Below are positions 9,130 through 18,690 of a stretch of DNA of 64,000 nucleotides, in pieces. Source of the DNA: an uncultured Actinomycetes bacterium (GTDB taxonomy: Bacteria > Chloroflexota > Dormibacteria > Aeolococcales > Aeolococcaceae); NCBI GenBank assembly GCA_964508345.1, contig CAZDTK010000009.1, positions 14,489 through 78,488 of the forward strand. Reading direction: 5' to 3'. Position numbers and translations under genes: made by a program. Position 1 is the stretch's first letter. Every line of letters starts with the position of its first letter. The notes beneath the pieces are model-generated. The model worked only from the letters and a program-made list of their open reading frames with translations, was not told the DNA's origin and did not search any database.

Positions 9130-9181
9130 CGCCGCGCGCCTTCCGGCACCCTCCCGGTGGAGACGGATACCATCTGAGCAG

Positions 9182-10306
9182 TTGATTGCCGCTCGCGCCG
9201 CTCCTCACGCTGGGCCACCACCGATGAACCCCCCGCCCTCCTCCACGGCGGCGAGCCACACCCTGGCCGTGCTCCGTTCCGTGGGAGAGCAGCTGGAGGG
9301 GGGCCACGGGCTGATCGCGGTCGACAGGGCGGGGCGCATCCTGCTCGCCACCGAGGAGGCCTGCCGCCTGCTCGACCTCTCCGGCGAGGGCGAGGGGCAC
9401 ACCCTGGCGGAGCTGGGTGCCGACTTCCGCCTGCTCCGGGTGGTCACCGCCTGCAGGGACGCGGAGGCGGCGGTGGAGCGCGAGATCGCGAGCGCCCGCG
9501 AAGTGATCGTGGTCCGGGCCTTCCCGGTGCCGAACCAGCAGGTGGCGGTCGTCGTGCTGGTGCGCGACGAGACCCGGCTGCGCCGCCTCGAGCGGGTGCG
9601 CCGCGATTTCGTCACCAACGTCTCCCACGAGCTCCGGACCCCGATCACCGCCATCCGCCTGCTCGTCGAGACCCTCCAGAAGGGCGCCCTCGAGGAGCCC
9701 GAGGTGGCCGCCGGCTTCGTCCACCGGATCGCCCTCGAGGTCGGCCACATGGCCCAGATGGTCGAGGAGCTCCTGGAGCTCAGCACGATCGAATCGGGGC
9801 GCCAGACCATGACCCTGGAGCCGGTCCCCGTGGACGAGCTGGTGCGGACCGTCGACCGCCTCCTCCCCCTCGCCGAGGAACGGAGGATCGGGGTGACCAT
9901 CGAGGTCGACCCGTCCACGCCGCCGCTGCTGGGCGATCCCCGCCGGCTGGGTCAGGTCCTCCGCAATCTGGTCCACAACGCGATCAAGTTCACCCCGCCC
10001 GAGGGCCGGATCACCGTGAGCGCCCGGCCGCTCCTGGAGCAGTCGCGGGTCGAGCTGGTGGTCCGCGACAACGGGATCGGGATCCGTCCCGAGGATCTCC
10101 CCCGCATCTTCGAGCGCTTCTGGAAGGCGGACAGCTCCCGCCAGCGCGACGGCGAGGGCTCCGGGCTCGGCCTGGCGATCGCACGCCACGTGGTGGAGGC
10201 ACACGGGGGCTCGATCCGGGTCGTCTCCGAGCCGCGCCGGGGGGCGACCTTCATCGTCGAGCTGCCCGCCGCCCCTCACTCCGCCGGCGACCCGGAGCCG
10301 GCATGA
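9182..10306 (+). CDS. sensor histidine kinase (PAS - HisKA - HATPase_c; PhoR-like, apparently soluble)
   Basis: 'FVTNVSHELRTPITAI' H-box, N/G boxes 'LVHNAIKFTP...VRDNGIGI...GSGLGLAI'; no predicted TM segment; sits divergent to the regulator and directly upstream of pstB. Confidence 0.85.
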   Translation: MIAARAAPHAGPPPMNPPPSSTAASHTLAVLRSVGEQLEGGHGLIAVDRAGRILLATEEACRLLDLSGEGEGHTLAELGADFRLLRVVTACRDAEAAVEREIASAREVIVVRAFPVPNQQVAVVVLVRDETRLRRLERVRRDFVTNVSHELRTPITAIRLLVETLQKGALEEPEVAAGFVHRIALEVGHMAQMVEELLELSTIESGRQTMTLEPVPVDELVRTVDRLLPLAEERRIGVTIEVDPSTPPLLGDPRRLGQVLRNLVHNAIKFTPPEGRITVSARPLLEQSRVELVVRDNGIGIRPEDLPRIFERFWKADSSRQRDGEGSGLGLAIARHVVEAHGGSIRVVSEPRRGATFIVELPAAPHSAGDPEPA

Positions 10307-10506
10307 GCGGCGCCGAGGTGGAGGGCGGCCCGCCGGATGGCGAGCCCCCCTCGGAGGATGCTGCGAAGGAGCCTCCCGGGGATCCCGGGGAACCGGGCTC
10401 ATCCCCGCTCCTTAACCCGCAAGCAACCCGGCCACAATCCGACGATTCTTACTCTCAATCCGTGGTCACCGAATCCCTGCGGATTGCCGGGGTCGACGTC
10501 TCCACC

Positions 10507-11271
10507 ATGGAGGGGACGGCGGCGGGCGTCACCGTCCAGGACCTCAAGGTCCGCTTCAAGGACAGCGAGATCCTGCACGGGATCAGCACCGTCTTCGAGC
10601 CCAACAAGGTCACCGCCATCGTGGGACCGACCGGGTGCGGCAAGACCACCCTGCTGCGGGCCATCAACCGCATGCACGATCACGTCACCGGGATGCGCGT
10701 GGACGGGTCGATAGTGGTCGAGGGCGTTGACATCTACGGCGCGGAAATCAACGTCCGCGAGGTGAGGCGCCGGGTGGGCATGCTCTTCCAGCGCCCCAAC
10801 CCCTTCCCGCGCAGCATTGCCGAGAACGTGGGGCTGGCGCCGCGGGCTCACGGCCTCGCCAACCGGTCCAACGTCCAGGAGCTGGTCGAGGATCAGCTCA
10901 AGCTGGTGGGGCTCTGGGACGCGGTCAGCAACCGCCTGGGCGGCTCCCCCTTCGGCCTCTCCGGGGGCCAGCAGCAGCTGCTCTGTCTCGCCCGCACCCT
11001 GGCGCTCTCGCCCAACGTGATCCTGCTCGACGAGCCGACCTCGGCGCTCGACCCCGACACCACCGAGCGGATCGAGGCGCTCATGAAGACCCTCTCCGAG
11101 AAGATGACTGTCCTCATCGTCACCCATAACCTGGCCCAGGCCAGCCGCATCAGCGACAACGTGCTCTTCCTGATGAAGGGCGACGTGGTCGAGTCGACGT
11201 CGGCCCGGACCTTCTTCCACGACCCGGCCGACGAGCGGAGCCGGGCGTACGTCAGCGGTCGGATCGGATGA
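10507..11271 (+). CDS. pstB: phosphate ABC transporter ATP-binding protein PstB
   Basis: Walker A 'GPTGCGKTT', signature 'LSGGQQQ', Walker B 'ILLDEPTSALD', and 'FFHDPADERSRAYVSGRIG' is the PstB C-terminus. The start is chosen at 'MEGTAAGVTVQDLKVRF' because the ATG at 10303 gives a 68-aa extension with non-coding-like codon usage. Confidence 0.85.
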   Translation: MEGTAAGVTVQDLKVRFKDSEILHGISTVFEPNKVTAIVGPTGCGKTTLLRAINRMHDHVTGMRVDGSIVVEGVDIYGAEINVREVRRRVGMLFQRPNPFPRSIAENVGLAPRAHGLANRSNVQELVEDQLKLVGLWDAVSNRLGGSPFGLSGGQQQLLCLARTLALSPNVILLDEPTSALDPDTTERIEALMKTLSEKMTVLIVTHNLAQASRISDNVLFLMKGDVVESTSARTFFHDPADERSRAYVSGRIG

Positions 11272-11329
11272 GCGCCACGACGGTCCCCTCATCCACCTCA
11301 TCACATCCATCCTTCGAAGGGGAGGTCTC

Positions 11330-12469
11330 ATGAACGTTCGTCGCCACATGGGCATCGGTTTTGCGGCAATCGCCGCCATGGTCGCGGTGGCCGCCTGCGG
11401 CTCCACGAGCACCGCGACCCCGAAGCCGACCGCAACCCCGAGCGCCACCGCAACCGCGGCGCCTGTCTCGACGGGCAACCCGACGACTGCCGTGACGCTC
11501 TCCGAGGCCGGGTCGAGCCTCGTCTACCCGTACCTGCAGAAGCTGGCTCCCGGGATCAACGCCGCCTACCCGAACATCACCCTCACCCCGGCCGCCGGCG
11601 GTTCCGGCACCGGCCAGTCTGAGGCGCTGAGCGGGACCATCGACATGGGCGGCTCGGACGCCTACCTGAGCACCGCCCAGGTGACCGCGAACGCGAGCGC
11701 CCTCAACATCCCGATCGCCGTCTCCTCGCAGGCGGTCAACTACAACCTCAAGGGGTTCCCGGACCTCAAGCTGAGCGGCAACGTCCTGGCCGAGATCTAC
11801 CAGGGCAGCATCACCACCTGGAATGACGCGCAGATCACCGCCCTCAACCCGGGCGTGACCCTGCCGTCCACCCCCATCATCCCGATCCGGCGCGCCGACT
11901 CCTCGGGTGACACGTTCATCTTCACCTCGTTCCTGAGCGCCACCAACAGCGCCTGGTCGAGCGGCCCCAGCTATGGGACCACCGTGAGCTGGCCGTCGGT
12001 CTCGAGTGAGCTGACCGCATCCGGCAACCCGGCCATGGTCACCACCCTGAACAGCACCACGGGGGGGATCGCCTACATCGGGATCAGCGTTGAGAGCACT
12101 GCTCTGGTCGACGGCCTCGGTGAGGCCGAGCTGGAGAACGCTTCGGGCAGCTTCGTTCAGCCCGACGCGACCACCGTCACCGCCGCGGTGACCGCCGGTG
12201 CGGGCAACGTCCCGGCCAGCCTTGCCGCCTCGCTCATCTACGAGATGGGCGCCCAGGCGTACCCGATCGTCAACTTCGAGTACCTCATCGTCAACCCGTC
12301 GACGATCACCTCCACGGCCACCGCCGAGGCCGTGCGCACCTTCATCGAGTGGGCCATCTCCCCGACGGGAGGCGCCACCTCGGACAACCTGGCAGCCGTG
12401 AACTTCGAGCCGCTGCCCACCGCCGTGATCCCGGCCGTCAACGCGGCCGTCGCGAAGATCACCGGCTAA
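11330..12469 (+). CDS. pstS: phosphate ABC transporter substrate-binding lipoprotein PstS
   Basis: Signal peptide with lipobox 'VAVAACGS'; PBP-like domain with 'GSSLVYP...GGSGTGQ...IRRADSSGDTFIFT'; good GGAGG RBS upstream. Confidence 0.9.
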   Translation: MNVRRHMGIGFAAIAAMVAVAACGSTSTATPKPTATPSATATAAPVSTGNPTTAVTLSEAGSSLVYPYLQKLAPGINAAYPNITLTPAAGGSGTGQSEALSGTIDMGGSDAYLSTAQVTANASALNIPIAVSSQAVNYNLKGFPDLKLSGNVLAEIYQGSITTWNDAQITALNPGVTLPSTPIIPIRRADSSGDTFIFTSFLSATNSAWSSGPSYGTTVSWPSVSSELTASGNPAMVTTLNSTTGGIAYIGISVESTALVDGLGEAELENASGSFVQPDATTVTAAVTAGAGNVPASLAASLIYEMGAQAYPIVNFEYLIVNPSTITSTATAEAVRTFIEWAISPTGGATSDNLAAVNFEPLPTAVIPAVNAAVAKITG

Positions 12470-12470
12470 C

Positions 12471-13535
12471 ATGATCCTGGTCCGTCGCCGGGCCGGTGGG
12501 GCTCCCACCGGCCCGGCGCGGGTCGCTCGGACCCGCACGCACGAGCTGACCACCGGGGACCATGTTCTCGAGTGGGTGTCGGCTGCCGCGGCCACCATCC
12601 CGCTGGCGGGGATCCTCTTCATCACCGCGATCCTGATCATCTGGGCGATCCCGGCCATCCTCTACAGCGGGACGACGGTATTCACGAGCGACAAGTTCTT
12701 CATCGGCAACTTCTACAACCCCAACTTCTCTGTCTCGAACGGGATCACCGCCCCGTTCGGCGCCAGCTACGGGGCCCTCACCTTCATCCTCGGCACCCTG
12801 ATCAGCTCGGTGATCGCGCTGGTGCTGGCGGTGCCGGTCTCGGTGGGCGGCGTCCTGATGCTCTCGGAGTGGATCCCGAGGCAGCTGGAGGGCCCGCTCT
12901 CCACCTTCCTCGAGCTCCTCGCCGGCATCCCCAGCGTGGTGTTCGGGTTCTGGGGCCTCGAGGTGTTCGGCCCGGTCCTGGCCCAGCACGTCTTCCCGGC
13001 GCTCTCCCACCTCGGCGTGATCCTGCCGTTCTTCAAGGGCGCCTGGGCCTACAACGGTCAGGGCCTGCTCACCGCGTCACTGGTGCTCACCCTGATGATC
13101 ATCCCGATCATCGCCTCCACCACCCGCCAGCTCGTCAAGCGCGTTCCGGTGCTGGCCAGCGAGGGTGCTCTGGCGTTGGGGATGACCAAGTACGAGACGG
13201 TCCGGGTGGTCACCATCCCCTATGTCCGCACCGGGATCATCGCCTCGGCTCTGCTCGGCTGGGGCCGCGCGCTCGGCGAGACGATCGCCGTGCTGCTGAT
13301 CATCGGGCTGGCCAACAACCCGCCGGTCAACATCTTCGGCACCACCACCACGCTCGCCTCGGCGATCGCCGTCGACCTGGACAGCGCCCTTGGTGACGGC
13401 ACCGGCATGGCGGTGCGCGCCATCGCGATGCTGGGACTCATCCTCTTGGTGATGAGCCTGCTGACCAACCTCGCCGGCCGGCTGGTGGTCCGTCGCATCA
13501 GCTCCGAGGCTCTCCCGGTGGGCCGTGGAGTCTAA
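12471..13535 (+). CDS. pstC: phosphate ABC transporter permease PstC
   Basis: Six or more TM helices and the ABC permease EAA-like loop 'ALGMTKYETVRVVTIPYVRTGIIAS'. Confidence 0.9.
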   Translation: MILVRRRAGGAPTGPARVARTRTHELTTGDHVLEWVSAAAATIPLAGILFITAILIIWAIPAILYSGTTVFTSDKFFIGNFYNPNFSVSNGITAPFGASYGALTFILGTLISSVIALVLAVPVSVGGVLMLSEWIPRQLEGPLSTFLELLAGIPSVVFGFWGLEVFGPVLAQHVFPALSHLGVILPFFKGAWAYNGQGLLTASLVLTLMIIPIIASTTRQLVKRVPVLASEGALALGMTKYETVRVVTIPYVRTGIIASALLGWGRALGETIAVLLIIGLANNPPVNIFGTTTTLASAIAVDLDSALGDGTGMAVRAIAMLGLILLVMSLLTNLAGRLVVRRISSEALPVGRGV

Positions 13536-14391
13536 GTCCCCCCGCTTCCGCCACGTGAAGGGGGCCATCTTCTGGGTGCTCTGCGGGCTCGCCCTGGCGC
13601 TGATCATCGCGCCCGCCATCGCGGTGGTTGTGAGCGTGGTGGTCAAGGCGGCCCCCGAGCTCAAGTGGTCCCTCTTCACCAACACCACCGCCAACCCCAC
13701 CAACCCGGGGCTGCAGAACGCCATCCTGGGCACCCTGGTCCTCTGTCTCGGCGTGCTCGTGGTGGCCGGCAGCGTCGGGGTGCTGGGTGGCATCTACCTC
13801 GCCGAGTTCGCCAAGGGGCGCGTCGGAGGCACGCTGCGTTTCTTCTCCGAGGTCCTCGCCGGGGTGCCGTCGATCGTCATCGGCCTGGTCGCCTACACCG
13901 CGCTGGTGGTCGGCCTGCACTGGGGCTTCTCCGTCCTGAGCGCCATCTTCGCCCTCTCGCTGCTCTGCCTGCCCTACATCGTCAAGACCACCGAGGTCTC
14001 CTTCACCCAGGTGCCGCGCACCCTGCGCGAGGCGGCGATAGCGCTCGGTCTCTCCCGGATCACCACCATCCGCAAGGTGCTTCTGCCCCCGGCGCTGCCG
14101 GGGATCGTCTCCGGGCTCGTGATCGCCATCGCGATCTCCACCGGCGAGACGGCTCCGCTGCTGTACACGGCGAGCTTCAGCCAGACCGATCCCACCGCCG
14201 GGCTGTTCCACAACCCGATCGGCTACCTCACGTATGTCACCTACTACTACGTGACCCTGCCGGGAGCCCAGGACCAGGCCCTGGCCAGCGCCGCCGCCGG
14301 CCTCACCATCCTGTTCGTGCTCCTGCTCATCTTCGGGGGCCGCGCGATCAGTGCCCGGCAGAGCCGGATGGTCTCCCGCCTCGACGTCTAG
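13525..14391 (+). CDS. pstA: phosphate ABC transporter permease PstA
   Basis: 'ALGLSRITTIRKVLLPPALPGIVSGLVIAI' permease loop with the polytopic PstA architecture; overlaps the pstC end. Confidence 0.9.
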   Translation: MESKSPRFRHVKGAIFWVLCGLALALIIAPAIAVVVSVVVKAAPELKWSLFTNTTANPTNPGLQNAILGTLVLCLGVLVVAGSVGVLGGIYLAEFAKGRVGGTLRFFSEVLAGVPSIVIGLVAYTALVVGLHWGFSVLSAIFALSLLCLPYIVKTTEVSFTQVPRTLREAAIALGLSRITTIRKVLLPPALPGIVSGLVIAIAISTGETAPLLYTASFSQTDPTAGLFHNPIGYLTYVTYYYVTLPGAQDQALASAAAGLTILFVLLLIFGGRAISARQSRMVSRLDV

Positions 14392-14469
14392 CCGGTGGCC
14401 GGGTCCCGATCGGGCGCTCCGTCACGCTCAGGACCTCCCGACCCTCGCCGGCGACTCCTTCGCAGGCGA

Positions 14470-15159
14470 CTAACCCAGCTCCTCGATCCGGCCGCTCTCC
14501 AGGAAGATCAGGTCCTCGGCCAGGTTGGTGACCCGGTCCCCGATCCGCTCGAAGTTCTGGGCCACCTTGATCAGCTGGGTGCCCCGGTACACGGTGTCGC
14601 CGTCCTCGGTCATGAGCTGGATCAGGTCGTCGACGATGCGGTGGTGGATGCGGTTCACGCGGTCGTCGCGGGCGGCGATGGTGCGGGCACGGTCGACGTC
14701 GCGGGCGATCAGGGCACCCAGGATGTCGCGCACCTGCACCTCGCAGGCTTCGGAGAGCTGAGGGAGGTCGTCGACCGGGCCGGAGAGCGGGGGAAGGTCG
14801 GCGAGCTCGCGTCCGCTGCGGGCGATGCTGGAGCAGTGGTCGCCCATCCGCTCCAGCTCGCTGGCCATGTGCAGCAGCCCCAGGGCCTCGCGGAGCAGGG
14901 AGGGAACCGAGGTGCGCGCGAGCGCGGTGAAGGTCAGCTCGCGCACCTCGACGAGCAGCGCGTTGACGCGGGCGTCATCGCGCATCACCGCGGTGCACAG
15001 CTCGACGTCCCGGTCGACCAGGCCGCGCGTGGCCCGGGTCATCGCTCGATCGACCAGGTCGCCCATGGAGAGCACGACGTCGCGGATCCGCTGCAGCTCG
15101 GCATCGAACCCGTCTGCGCGGTCGGCGGGAAGGGAGCGCGTGTCGACGGACTCGGTCAC
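14470..15159 (-). CDS. phoU: phosphate signalling complex protein PhoU
   Basis: 229 aa with two PhoU repeats '...MGDLVDRAM...', '...ERIGDRVTNLAEDLIF'; convergent with pstA. Confidence 0.9.
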   Translation of the reverse strand: MTESVDTRSLPADRADGFDAELQRIRDVVLSMGDLVDRAMTRATRGLVDRDVELCTAVMRDDARVNALLVEVRELTFTALARTSVPSLLREALGLLHMASELERMGDHCSSIARSGRELADLPPLSGPVDDLPQLSEACEVQVRDILGALIARDVDRARTIAARDDRVNRIHHRIVDDLIQLMTEDGDTVYRGTQLIKVAQNFERIGDRVTNLAEDLIFLESGRIEELG

Positions 15160-15278
15160 GACATCAGCCAGCTTATGCCATGGGGAGGGGCGCTGGCGAG
15201 GCCGTGCCCCCGGCGCGGTTGGGGGCCGCTACGGGCGGCCACCGGGCGGCCCCCCGGCGGCGAGGCCGCGCGCCGCGC

Positions 15279-15707
15279 TCAGCCCGCCGGGACCTGCGCC
15301 TCGCGCAGCTGCGCCACCCGGATGTGGTTGCCGAACGGATCACGCAGCCCGAAGTCGATGCCGTAGGGTTGCTCGGCTGGCTCCTGGGTGATGTCCACGC
15401 CCTTGGCCCGCAGCTCCTCCCAGCTCCGCCGGGCGTCGTCGGTGGTGAAGAAGAGATGGCCGCCCGTCCTCCCCTTGGTGAGCAGGTCGCGGACGTGCTC
15501 GGCGGTCTCCGGGTCGATCATGGGCGGCCCGGGCTTCTCCAGCAGGATCTGACGCTCCGGCTCTCCGGGCAGGTTGACGGTGAGGAAGCGCATGAAGCCG
15601 AGATCTATGTCGGTGTTGACCTCCAGTCCCAGCTTGCCAACGTAGAAGTCGAGTGCCTGCTCCTGGTCGAGCACGTAGATCTGCGAGATCCTGAGCGAAC
15701 GCAGCAT
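15279..15707 (-). CDS. VOC/glyoxalase-family protein
   Basis: 142 aa; 'ISQIYVLDQEQALDFYVGKLGL...DDARRSWEELRAKGV...DPFGNHIRV' has a glyoxalase-like beta-alpha-beta-beta-beta repeat pattern. Confidence 0.75.
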   Translation of the reverse strand: MLRSLRISQIYVLDQEQALDFYVGKLGLEVNTDIDLGFMRFLTVNLPGEPERQILLEKPGPPMIDPETAEHVRDLLTKGRTGGHLFFTTDDARRSWEELRAKGVDITQEPAEQPYGIDFGLRDPFGNHIRVAQLREAQVPAG

Positions 15708-15746
15708 GCCTGGGGCCTCCTGGTGCCGATGTCCGACGGGCCAAGG

Positions 15747-16136
15747 CTAGCCAGACCGCAGAGGCCTGGCTTCTCCGAAACTGCTGGGTCGTCCCCAGGC
15801 CATCGCGAAGCACGTGGGCACGCCCTCAGGGCCGTTGGCACTCGAGGCGGCGCCACCGCGCCCTCGGTGCCCCGACGGGGACTCCCCAACCACGGCGCGA
15901 AAGGTCCGGCAGAAGGTTCCCAGGCTGGAGAAACCGACGTCGAGGGCGATCTCGGTCACCGGCCGCTCCGTCCTTCGCAGCAGGTACATGGCTCGCTCGA
16001 TGCGCCGTCTCTGCAGGTACCGGTGCGGCGACTCGCCGAATGCGATGCGGAAGGAGCGGATGAAGTGCGCCTCGGACATCAGCGCGATGGCAGCCAGACC
16101 TGCCACGTCCAGCGCCTCCGGATACGAGCGGTCCAT
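15747..16136 (-). CDS. AraC-family HTH domain protein (small, HTH-only or N-terminally longer)
   Basis: The C-terminal 110 aa 'LDVAGLAAIALMSEAHFIRSFRIAFGESPHRYLQRRRIERAMYLLRRTERPVTEIALDVGFSSLGTFCRTFRAVVGESP' is a typical double HTH_AraC. The start is uncertain (ATG 16136 chosen; the upstream part of the ORF is Arg-rich junk). Confidence 0.5.
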   Translation of the reverse strand: MDRSYPEALDVAGLAAIALMSEAHFIRSFRIAFGESPHRYLQRRRIERAMYLLRRTERPVTEIALDVGFSSLGTFCRTFRAVVGESPSGHRGRGGAASSANGPEGVPTCFAMAWGRPSSFGEARPLRSG

Positions 16137-16227
16137 CGCGTCCCGGGCGCGAAGCAGCCGGCGGTTGATCTGCTCGCTGGCTCGGCCCACGACGACCTCC
16201 TGGGAATCCCCTGACGCCGGCACCCGG

Positions 16228-18690
16228 CTAGCGGCGCACCTCGGCCTGGCAGTGCTGGCGCAGGGCGGTGACGACGGCGTCCTGCCGCTCCTGTGCCTCC
16301 TCCGAGGTGAGGGTGCGCTCCGCGCTCCGGAACGTGAGCCGGAAGCTCCACCCCTTGCGTCCCTCCCCCACCTGCCCGCCCCGGAACTCGTCACGCAGCT
16401 CGACCGACTCGAGGAGTGGCGCCCCGGCCTCGCGGATGAGCGCCAGCGCCTCGCCGGCGCGCTGCTGGGCGGGCACGCTGACCGAGAGGTCGTGGCTGAC
16501 CGCCGGGAAGCGCGGCACCGGCCGGTACCGGGTGGGGCGGCGCTCCGACGCGGCCACGGCGTCCACGCAGAGCTCGGCAACCACCACCCGGCCGCGCAGC
16601 TCGAATCGCCCCGCCGTCTCCGGGTCCAGCTCGCCGATGACCCCCACCCGCGAGGCGCCGGCACGGATCCACGCGGCGCGGCCAGCCCGCAGCCCGGGGA
16701 TCTCGTCCGGCTCGGCGAGGGTGGGAGCGCCGCCCAGGTCGTGCGCCAGCCGGTCCAGGAGGGCCTGGGCGTGGCGGAGGGCGGTGGCGGCGTCGCCGGC
16801 GTCCCCATCGACGTGGGTGGCGGTGGCCAGCAGCAGCGGCTCGGCGGGGAGCGGCGGGAGCTCGGCGTCCAGACCATCGGGGGTGGCCCCGGGGACGGGC
16901 TCGAGGCGCCCGCCCTCCCAGAAGACACGCCCCAGCTCGAAGATGGCGGCCCCGACGGCCCCGCGGCTCTGGTTGAGGGCCAGCACCTGGCAGAGGCCGG
17001 GCAGCAGGCTCACCCGCAGGTGGCTCATCTCGTCGCTCAGGGGGTTGAGCAGGCGCAGCGGTGGGCGCGCCTCGCCGAGACCGGGCAGCCAGAGCGCGAC
17101 CTCGGGGCGGATGAAGACGTAGGGCAGGACCTCGTCGAAGCCGGCGCCCACACAGACGTCGCGGACGCGGTCGTCGAGGGGGGCCTCCTCGGCCAGCCGG
17201 TGGACCGTGGTCCGGCTCCCGGGCAGGGTGCTGGGCAGCCGGGAGTACCCGAGCCCCCGGCCCACCTCCTCGGCGACGTCCTCGGGGATGCGCACGTCGC
17301 GCCGGAAGTACGGCGGGTGCACGGTGAGCCGGTCCCCGTCCTGCTCGACGGCGAAGCCGAGGTGGACCAGGGCGGTGGCGGCCTCGTGAGGGTCCACGCT
17401 GTAGCCGAGCAGCCCGGAGAGCCAGGCACCGCTGACCTCGACCGGCAGCAGCTCGGGCAGCGGCGAGGGGTGCTCGTCGATGGGGTCCCGGAGGACGTGC
17501 CCCCCGGCGATGCCGGCGATGAGCGCCGCGGCCCGCAGCAGGGCGATCGGGGCCAGCTCGTCGGGCAGCCCCTTGTCGTAGAGGGCCGAGGCGTCGGTCC
17601 GGATGCCGTGGCGGCGGGAGGTGGCGCGGATCGCGGCGGGGTCCCAGGTCGCGGCCTCGAGCAGGACGGTGCGGGTCGCCCTGTCGATCGCCGTCGGGGT
17701 GCCGCCGATGACCCCGGCCAGGCTGACCGGTGACCCGCCCGCGACGATGACCATGTCGGCGGGGTCGAGCGTCCGGGTGGCGCCGTCGAGGCACTCGAGG
17801 CCCTCGCCGGCCTGGGCACGGCGCACCGCGAGCGTCACCGGACGGCTCTCGCCGGAGAGCGCCGCGAGTCGATCGAGGTCGAAGGCGTGGAGCGGGTGCC
17901 CCAGCTCGTGGGTCACGTAGTTGGTGACGTCGACGACGCTGCTGATCGGGCGCAGTCCGATGGCGCGCAGCCGGCGTTGCAGCCAGTCCGGCGAGTCGCC
18001 GATGGCCACGCCGTCGATCGCGAGCGCGGTGAAGCGGCGGCAGCCGGTGCTGTCCTCGATGCGGACCCGGGCGCGCTGACCCGACGACGTTGCCGAGAGC
18101 AGGCCCTCGGGGATGTCGACGGGGGGCTCGCGGAGCGGTTCGGCGAGGGCCGCCGCCAGCTCTCGCGCGATCCCCAGGTGGCACATGCAGTCCGGCCGGT
18201 TGGTGGTCACCTCCACGTCGAGGACGACGTCGAGGCCCAGCACCTCGTGAAGGGGCTGCCCGGGCCGGCCGCGGTCCAGGATCAGCAGCCCGCCGGCGTC
18301 GTCGCCCACCCCCAGCTCCACCGGGGAGAGCAGCATCCCGGGCGAGCTGTACCTGCCTCCGAACATGGACCGGGTGCCGAGCGGCTCCGGGAAGCCGGGG
18401 AGCACGGTCCCCGGCGGGCCGTAGGGGACCAGGTCGCCGGCCTTGACGTTGGGCGCCCCGGTGACCAGCCGGACGGGGGTGCCGGTACCGACGTCGATGT
18501 CGGCGAGCCGCACGCCGCGCGTGGACTCCGGGATCTCGGTGAGCTCCAGCACCCGGGCCACGATCGCTCCCTCGGCCGAGCGCTCGACGCGGTCCACCTC
18601 GGTGCCGGTGTCTACGAGCGCCTGGACCAGCTCCGGAAGAGGGGCGTCGAGGTCCGCGTACTCGCGCAGCCACTCCAGGGAGATCTTCAC
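16228..18690 (-). CDS. pheT: phenylalanine--tRNA ligase beta subunit
   Basis: 820 aa; 'MKISLEWLREY...' with the tRNA-binding, B3/4, B5, catalytic-like and FDX-ACB domains. Confidence 0.95.
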   Translation of the reverse strand: MKISLEWLREYADLDAPLPELVQALVDTGTEVDRVERSAEGAIVARVLELTEIPESTRGVRLADIDVGTGTPVRLVTGAPNVKAGDLVPYGPPGTVLPGFPEPLGTRSMFGGRYSSPGMLLSPVELGVGDDAGGLLILDRGRPGQPLHEVLGLDVVLDVEVTTNRPDCMCHLGIARELAAALAEPLREPPVDIPEGLLSATSSGQRARVRIEDSTGCRRFTALAIDGVAIGDSPDWLQRRLRAIGLRPISSVVDVTNYVTHELGHPLHAFDLDRLAALSGESRPVTLAVRRAQAGEGLECLDGATRTLDPADMVIVAGGSPVSLAGVIGGTPTAIDRATRTVLLEAATWDPAAIRATSRRHGIRTDASALYDKGLPDELAPIALLRAAALIAGIAGGHVLRDPIDEHPSPLPELLPVEVSGAWLSGLLGYSVDPHEAATALVHLGFAVEQDGDRLTVHPPYFRRDVRIPEDVAEEVGRGLGYSRLPSTLPGSRTTVHRLAEEAPLDDRVRDVCVGAGFDEVLPYVFIRPEVALWLPGLGEARPPLRLLNPLSDEMSHLRVSLLPGLCQVLALNQSRGAVGAAIFELGRVFWEGGRLEPVPGATPDGLDAELPPLPAEPLLLATATHVDGDAGDAATALRHAQALLDRLAHDLGGAPTLAEPDEIPGLRAGRAAWIRAGASRVGVIGELDPETAGRFELRGRVVVAELCVDAVAASERRPTRYRPVPRFPAVSHDLSVSVPAQQRAGEALALIREAGAPLLESVELRDEFRGGQVGEGRKGWSFRLTFRSAERTLTSEEAQERQDAVVTALRQHCQAEVRR

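Noticed and set aside
10303-10506. ATG overlapping the kinase stop (ATGA) that would give PstB a 68-aa N-terminal extension
   Set aside because: The extension is low-complexity (P/E/G/S-rich). Its distal half has non-coding-like codon usage and lower GC. It contains regulator-box-like motifs. PstB homology begins ~8 aa after the internal Met at 10507.
14392-14469. Possible bidirectional terminator between convergent pstA and phoU ('CCGGTGGCCGG...')
   Set aside because: The palindrome is short (4+3+4), there is no adjacent U/A tract on either strand, and it is not distinguishable from background GC-rich palindromes.
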